This document shows positions 59,581-64,000 of a stretch of 64,000 nt of DNA, one piece after another; position 1 is the first letter of the stretch, and each line of letters starts with the position of its first letter. Below the pieces are notes generated by a model. It saw only the letters and a list, made by a program, of their open reading frames with translations. It did not search any database and was not told the DNA's origin. Both the position numbers and the translations under genes were made by a program. The stretch covers positions 1,070 through 65,069 of the forward strand of contig CAYSEI010000003.1 in assembly GCA_964430265.1 (NCBI GenBank). Reading direction: 5' to 3'. The DNA comes from an uncultured Pseudomonadales bacterium (lineage in GTDB: Bacteria; Patescibacteriota; Microgenomatia; UBA1400; CAYXSR01).

Positions 59581-60135
59581 TTATTTAAAATAACTTTTAA
59601 AATAAGGAATGTGCCATAAAGCATGAAAAAAACTAACCATAATAAAAAGTATACCGATATTAATATGGATCAAACTTAAAGTACGGTTAAAGTAGCCAAG
59701 TAAATATAAGAAACTGCTTACAGCAGTAATTAAAAAGCTGACTGTTAAAACTAGGTTCCAAATTTTTCTGTGATGAATTAATTTCAACTTTTTAAGTTTA
59801 ACAAAGCCAAAAGATAAAAAATATAAAAAAAGTGTCAACAAAATTGTTACTGGCAAGTAGTAATTTGTTTTATCTGTCTGTTTATTATTTTGTTCCTGCG
59901 AGCTTGCTTTGGAGTTCACTGTCGTTTCTTTTTCTACTGCAGCCAAACGCTCTTCTGGATCCGGTTGGGAATGGTCACAAATACTGTCATTATCCATATC
60001 AATAAAACGCGGACATTTTCCTGGAGCTGGATCATTTACCTCTCCAAAGGGACAATCTTCCCAAGCCATTAAATCAGTAGGAAAGACAAGGAAAAAAATA
60101 AAGATAATCAAAAAGATGGTTTTTTTTGCTTTCAT
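59581..60135 (-). CDS. Membrane protein with an N-terminal extracytoplasmic Cys-rich module
   Basis: Signal or TM, then CPFGEVNDPAPGKCPRFIDMDNDSICDHSQ, an acidic linker and 3 TM helices. Confidence 0.3.
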   Translation of the reverse strand: MKAKKTIFLIIFIFFLVFPTDLMAWEDCPFGEVNDPAPGKCPRFIDMDNDSICDHSQPDPEERLAAVEKETTVNSKASSQEQNNKQTDKTNYYLPVTILLTLFLYFLSFGFVKLKKLKLIHHRKIWNLVLTVSFLITAVSSFLYLLGYFNRTLSLIHINIGILFIMVSFFHALWHIPYFKSYFK

Positions 60136-60244
60136 TATAATATCTTTTATTATACAGTTATTATACAGTAATCTTAAAAACTTAAATTAAGCTGAGAACC
60201 CATTGTTGTTACAACAATATTAGTAAAATAAATATAATTTAATT

Positions 60245-60841
60245 ATGGAAATAATAAGTTTAGAGATTGGCGAGCTGAGTACAAATTGTTATATACTAAT
60301 TTGTACTCAAACGGATCAATGCCTGATAATAGACCCGGGTGACAATGCAAACTATATCAGTGAAAAAATCTTGTATCAGGACCTAAAACCTAAAACAATA
60401 ATTGCCACACACGGACATTATGACCACAATCTTGCCAGCAGTGAGTTACAAATGGCTTTTGAAATTCCTTTTCTTATTCATAAAAAAGATGAAAACCTTT
60501 TAAAAAGGTTGAAAAAATCTGCTGAATACTGGACTAAAAGAAATATCTACCAAATACCACCAAAAATTGATTCTTATCTTAAAGATGATGAAAAAATCCT
60601 TTTTGGCAAGGAATTTTTAAAAGTCATGCATGCACCCGGACACACACCCGGAGGAATAGTTTTATACAATACCAATGAAAAAATTCTTTTATCCGGAGAT
60701 ACTATTTTTGCCAATGGCATAGGAAGAACCGATTTTAGCTACAGTGAGCCTGAAAAAATGAAAAAAACATTAAAAAAAATTAAAAAGAAATTCAAAGGAT
60801 ACACTGTTTATCCAGGACATGGAAACGAATTTATCCTTTAA
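60245..60841 (+). CDS. MBL-fold metallo-hydrolase (glyoxalase II-like)
   Basis: THGHYDH metal motif, HAPGHTPG and GDTIF. Confidence 0.8.
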   Translation: MEIISLEIGELSTNCYILICTQTDQCLIIDPGDNANYISEKILYQDLKPKTIIATHGHYDHNLASSELQMAFEIPFLIHKKDENLLKRLKKSAEYWTKRNIYQIPPKIDSYLKDDEKILFGKEFLKVMHAPGHTPGGIVLYNTNEKILLSGDTIFANGIGRTDFSYSEPEKMKKTLKKIKKKFKGYTVYPGHGNEFIL

Positions 60842-60871
60842 ATAGGTATATTTTTAGAATAAAATATTAAT

Positions 60872-61198
60872 ATGTATAAAAAACACAACACACCATTTGG
60901 AAAATATTTTCGCAGACTAGATAAAATTGACAAAGGTATTAAACAAGAAGAATATGGTTCAATATTAATCCTTACCTTAGTAGAGGAAGTGGGTGAAATG
61001 GCACGAGCTTATTTAGCCCACCACGGAAGAAAAAAACTTAATGTGGCTGCACAAAAAGACGAAACATATGAACAGGAGTTGGGGGATATCTTAGTAGCAA
61101 TACTGCGTTTTGCCCGAATTAAAGATATTAATCTGGACAAAAGAATCAAATACTCTTTGAAGAAAATAGAGAAACGCAAACAAAAACCTAAAAAATAA
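60872..61198 (+). CDS. MazG-like nucleotide pyrophosphohydrolase (small all-alpha NTP-PPase)
   Basis: EEVGEMARAY (EExxE) and ELGDILV motifs. 108 aa. The stop overlaps the next gene's start. Confidence 0.55.
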   Translation: MYKKHNTPFGKYFRRLDKIDKGIKQEEYGSILILTLVEEVGEMARAYLAHHGRKKLNVAAQKDETYEQELGDILVAILRFARIKDINLDKRIKYSLKKIEKRKQKPKK

Positions 61199-62103
61199 TG
61201 GAACAACCACCACCAGAAGAAATATCAATATCTTTAGAAAAAGAAACGGAAACATTTGAAGCAGATACACATCCTTTTGATACAAAAGAATTAAAAGAGT
61301 TTTTTCAAAAACATTTCCCCGAATACGCTGATTTAATTACCCAATGTAAAAGACCCGGATTAAGCGAGAATCCCGACGAAATGGAAAAATGGGAAGCGCA
61401 AAGAATTAGAAAACGTAAACAACGCTTTAAAGATGAAACTTTAACCGGCTGGTTAAACAGAGTTTTATATGAAGAAACTTTTCTTGTTGATCCTTTTCCA
61501 GGAAGGACTGATATTGATTTAAAACAAGGCATCCCCGGCTTTACGCCCGGCGGTTTAATTTCCCATCATTATATTTTGGGATCAAGTAATGGTCGGACTA
61601 TAGAAGACGTTCTTGCTCTTTCTACAGAAGAAAGTTTAGAAGAACAATTACTCAGTCTGCCGGATCGGAGAGAACAACTGAATTTTCTAGACGTAATTTC
61701 CAACTCCACTTATAGACGCAATTCTGATTCAATTCCATTTTTACCTCTGGTATTAAGAAGTATTCAAGAAAACAAGAGCTTTCCTCAGGAATTAAATTCA
61801 ATTGGATATCGTCTGCTTCGCATTTTGCAGGCAAGAAGAGATGATTTTTATAGTTCTGTAAAAGATCCCAAATTAAAAGAATGTGTTAAAATTTCGGACA
61901 AAAAAATAACCAAGATTGTTCTTTTATATTCTGCCTGGTCAAGATTTCAAAGCCTTTTAACCAAACAAGGCGGAATTAGATCTTTAATGTCTGAAAAACT
62001 TAAATCAGACTTAAAAGATTTTCTTTTTTTCAGAACGCACCCGGAAACACAAATATTTTATGAATATCTTTCCCCATCAGGTTTTTTAAATGAGCAGCGC
62101 TGA
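61198..62103 (+). CDS. Hypothetical protein, coupled to the MazG-like gene
   Basis: 301 aa with no recognisable motif. Acidic N-terminus. Confidence 0.3.
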   Translation: MEQPPPEEISISLEKETETFEADTHPFDTKELKEFFQKHFPEYADLITQCKRPGLSENPDEMEKWEAQRIRKRKQRFKDETLTGWLNRVLYEETFLVDPFPGRTDIDLKQGIPGFTPGGLISHHYILGSSNGRTIEDVLALSTEESLEEQLLSLPDRREQLNFLDVISNSTYRRNSDSIPFLPLVLRSIQENKSFPQELNSIGYRLLRILQARRDDFYSSVKDPKLKECVKISDKKITKIVLLYSAWSRFQSLLTKQGGIRSLMSEKLKSDLKDFLFFRTHPETQIFYEYLSPSGFLNEQR

Positions 62104-62104
62104 A

Positions 62105-64000
62105 TCAGCCTGCACCACCACCGCCGCCGCCGCCACCGCCACCACCGCCGCCCGAAGCACCACCAGAAGAACCCACTCCTGATGCCCCATAGCTTGACTG
62201 GGCTGACGAGGAAAGAGAAGAAATTGCGCTATTTAAAGAATTTAAACTGGTTGAGAAATCCGTAAAATCACTTGTAGAACTCATACCCCAGTAACTGGCA
62301 ATTGCTTTTTGGTCTTGTGGACTGAATTTAACCGGCAATTGGGAAAGGGTTTTTGTCGATACACCCAATACAGTACCATACACTAAATATTTTTCCCATA
62401 TAATGACTGAGTCAATCGGGTCTTTTTTAGTTTTTTTATATTCTTCCATGTGTTTTTTAAAAGCTTTCCATTTAGCTGCTTCTTCAGAACCCTTAGGTGT
62501 TCTTTTTTCCGCAAACCCCTGTTCAACAATAATAATGATTGTAAAAAGAACTGACATAAAGATCCCTAATACACCTGATAGAATCAGAAAACCATTAAAT
62601 GTAATTATTCCAAGAACAAAGGCAATAAAAACTTGAACAAAAAGGCTCAATATAAAAACCGCAACCGAGTAACCAAACTTTTTTTTGAATTGGTGCGATT
62701 CCTTGTTAAAATAGTTCTCCTCCAGATTTTCTTCAAGTGCCTTATCTTCAAGAGATTGAAAAAATTTATAGGCTGCTTCACGATGTTTTTTACACCAAGC
62801 TTGTATTTTTTTAAAGGCCAGAAGATTTTGCTCTCTGCTATTTAATTTTTGTTTTTTAAACCCGATTTTGTTAAGAAAGTCAATAACTTTCCTTTCTATA
62901 CCAGACAGATTTTCATTTCCTAGCTTTTCCGGTTTTAAATAATAACGATAGTCTTTAAAAATAAGTCCTTTTTTCTGATTACTCCGCTGAATGCTAAAAA
63001 ATTTTTTGTGCACTAAAGACAAAACGGTTGCTGTAAAACTTTTGGGCGAAAGCTTTTTTGTTCCGGATATCAATTGCTCTACCTGTGCCGGATCAATATC
63101 ACTTGGAGGCTCCCATAGCCTTCCGGATAAGTTTATTTCCGGAAGTGGAGCATCTTTGCCATACTTAAAAAACTTTTTTTGCTGCCTGATAAAATACCAG
63201 ATTAAAAATAGATTGAGTAGTATTGATACTCCGAGCAAGGTATTTCCTAAAATTTTTTGTCTTTGTCTTTTTTGTTCGGTTTTTTGAATAAATTCTTCCT
63301 CTTGGGAAACAATTTCTTGTTTGCTTAAAGTGCCTTTTACTCCATTAGTAAAAATGTTTTTCGGCATAATAAAGCGCGCTTCAAAAAATTCACCTTCAGT
63401 AATTTTAGGAACTTGATAAACAACTTTTTCAGCAGTTGGGATGGAAACTATTCCTGACAAAGGCCCGTGTGCCCAGGCCTGAACTTCTTCACCTGGTATA
63501 TTCTCAGGCAGATTAAATACTGCTTCTACATTATTTTGTGCTACCTCCCATTCTGCTCCAATTATTTTCCAATAAACCTCCGCAACTTCTCCTTGTAGAG
63601 TAACAGCATTTTTAACTTGATATGATAGAGTAAATAGCTTATCTTCATTGTTTGCTCGGTAAAACCATTTAATATAGTAACGATCCTTTTCTTCTCTGAC
63701 ATAAAAGGTATTTGGGGGACGATTATTATCCGCTTGAGAAATTTCTTTATCAGTTAATTGTTTGTAACAAGTTTCCTGATCACAGATATTAAAATTGGAA
63801 AGTATATACTCATCTCTTCTTCCAGGATTAGTTGCTGAATCGCCAAGTTTATTTATGTACTGATATGCAAAAGTAAAGCTACCGTCAAAATCATAAGTTC
63901 TTTGCTCTTCAATTTGCATTGAACCATTTTTGTTTACACTTGCATTAATGTTTACTTTATCTATCGAGTATTCTTTTGCTAAAACCGGTTGAAAGGAAAA
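62105..64000 (-). CDS. DUF2207-type membrane protein with a poly-Gly/Ser C-terminal tail. The N-terminus lies beyond the window end.
   Basis: Large extracytoplasmic N-domain, 2-3 TM, a cytoplasmic region and a terminal SGGASGGGGGGGGGGGGGAG. The reading frame stays open upstream of the annotated Met out to position 64000. Confidence 0.55.
   Translation of the reverse strand, partial: FSFQPVLAKEYSIDKVNINASVNKNGSMQIEEQRTYDFDGSFTFAYQYINKLGDSATNPGRRDEYILSNFNICDQETCYKQLTDKEISQADNNRPPNTFYVREEKDRYYIKWFYRANNEDKLFTLSYQVKNAVTLQGEVAEVYWKIIGAEWEVAQNNVEAVFNLPENIPGEEVQAWAHGPLSGIVSIPTAEKVVYQVPKITEGEFFEARFIMPKNIFTNGVKGTLSKQEIVSQEEEFIQKTEQKRQRQKILGNTLLGVSILLNLFLIWYFIRQQKKFFKYGKDAPLPEINLSGRLWEPPSDIDPAQVEQLISGTKKLSPKSFTATVLSLVHKKFFSIQRSNQKKGLIFKDYRYYLKPEKLGNENLSGIERKVIDFLNKIGFKKQKLNSREQNLLAFKKIQAWCKKHREAAYKFFQSLEDKALEENLEENYFNKESHQFKKKFGYSVAVFILSLFVQVFIAFVLGIITFNGFLILSGVLGIFMSVLFTIIIIVEQGFAEKRTPKGSEEAAKWKAFKKHMEEYKKTKKDPIDSVIIWEKYLVYGTVLGVSTKTLSQLPVKFSPQDQKAIASYWGMSSTSDFTDFSTSLNSLNSAISSLSSSAQSSYGASGVGSSGGASGGGGGGGGGGGGGAG
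62108..62170. repeat. GC-rich simple-sequence tract (GGN Gly codons) in an AT-rich background
   Basis: ccaccaccgccgccgccgccaccgccaccaccgccgcc encodes the poly-Gly tail of the DUF2207 protein. Confidence 0.6.

Overview
The window is AT-rich, densely coding bacterial DNA. No rRNA, tRNA, CRISPR array, transposase or integrase was recognised by eye, although small RNAs cannot be excluded without a covariance search. The gene content is typical of small-genome, Patescibacteria/CPR-like bacteria, but this taxonomic reading is an inference, not a demonstrated fact. Gene content along the window:

- 1-7.75 kb: a minus-strand island of sulfur-trafficking and thiol-disulfide redox genes. It holds a DsrE-like fragment, YeeE, TusA, secreted thioredoxins, an orphan GcvH-like lipoyl carrier, an unusual Trx-Trx-DsbD fusion, CcdA, and an ArsR / Thioredoxin_3 / DUF318-ArsP-like permease module.
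- 9-11.7 kb: a [FeFe]-hydrogenase catalytic subunit with all three H-cluster motifs, translationally coupled to a compact NuoF-like flavoprotein.
- 11.7-24.3 kb: a large glycan-biosynthesis locus. It holds a SAM methyltransferase, a B12-binding radical SAM protein, five tandem GT2 paralogs, a sulfotransferase, a Wzx-like flippase, a GT39-like/TPR fusion, and two further GT2 genes including a DPM1-like one.
- 24.4-26.7 kb: two secreted or membrane proteins. One has a sensor-like two-TM topology and a putative OmpR-type winged helix at its C-terminus.
- 26.7-39.6 kb: a type IV pilus locus. It holds two diverged major-pilin paralogs, a PilO-like protein, a PilM-PilN fusion, three minor-pilin/PilX-like genes, PilC, PilB, a stand-alone receiver domain and a sensor histidine kinase.
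- 39.7-41.6 kb: a divergent ThiF/E1-like adenylyltransferase translationally coupled to an unrecognised 233-aa protein. I consider this the most interesting candidate for an undescribed system.
- 41.6-50.5 kb: housekeeping genes. These are purB, purA, pgk, glpX and a long class II aldolase, plus a HAD hydrolase, an RRM RNA-binding protein, a GT-C glycosyltransferase and a DUF4870 protein.
- 50.5-60.8 kb: a Cys-rich secreted DsbA-like protein, two tandem class A PBPs, an SDR, an HD hydrolase, an AbrB-PIN toxin-antitoxin pair, a peroxiredoxin, a nitroreductase, a Cys-rich membrane protein and an MBL hydrolase.
- 60.9-64.0 kb: a MazG-like gene coupled to an unknown 301-aa gene, and a DUF2207 membrane protein whose poly-Gly tail is encoded by a GC-rich simple-sequence tract. 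This last gene runs off the window edge.

Three rho-independent terminators were identified from the sequence.
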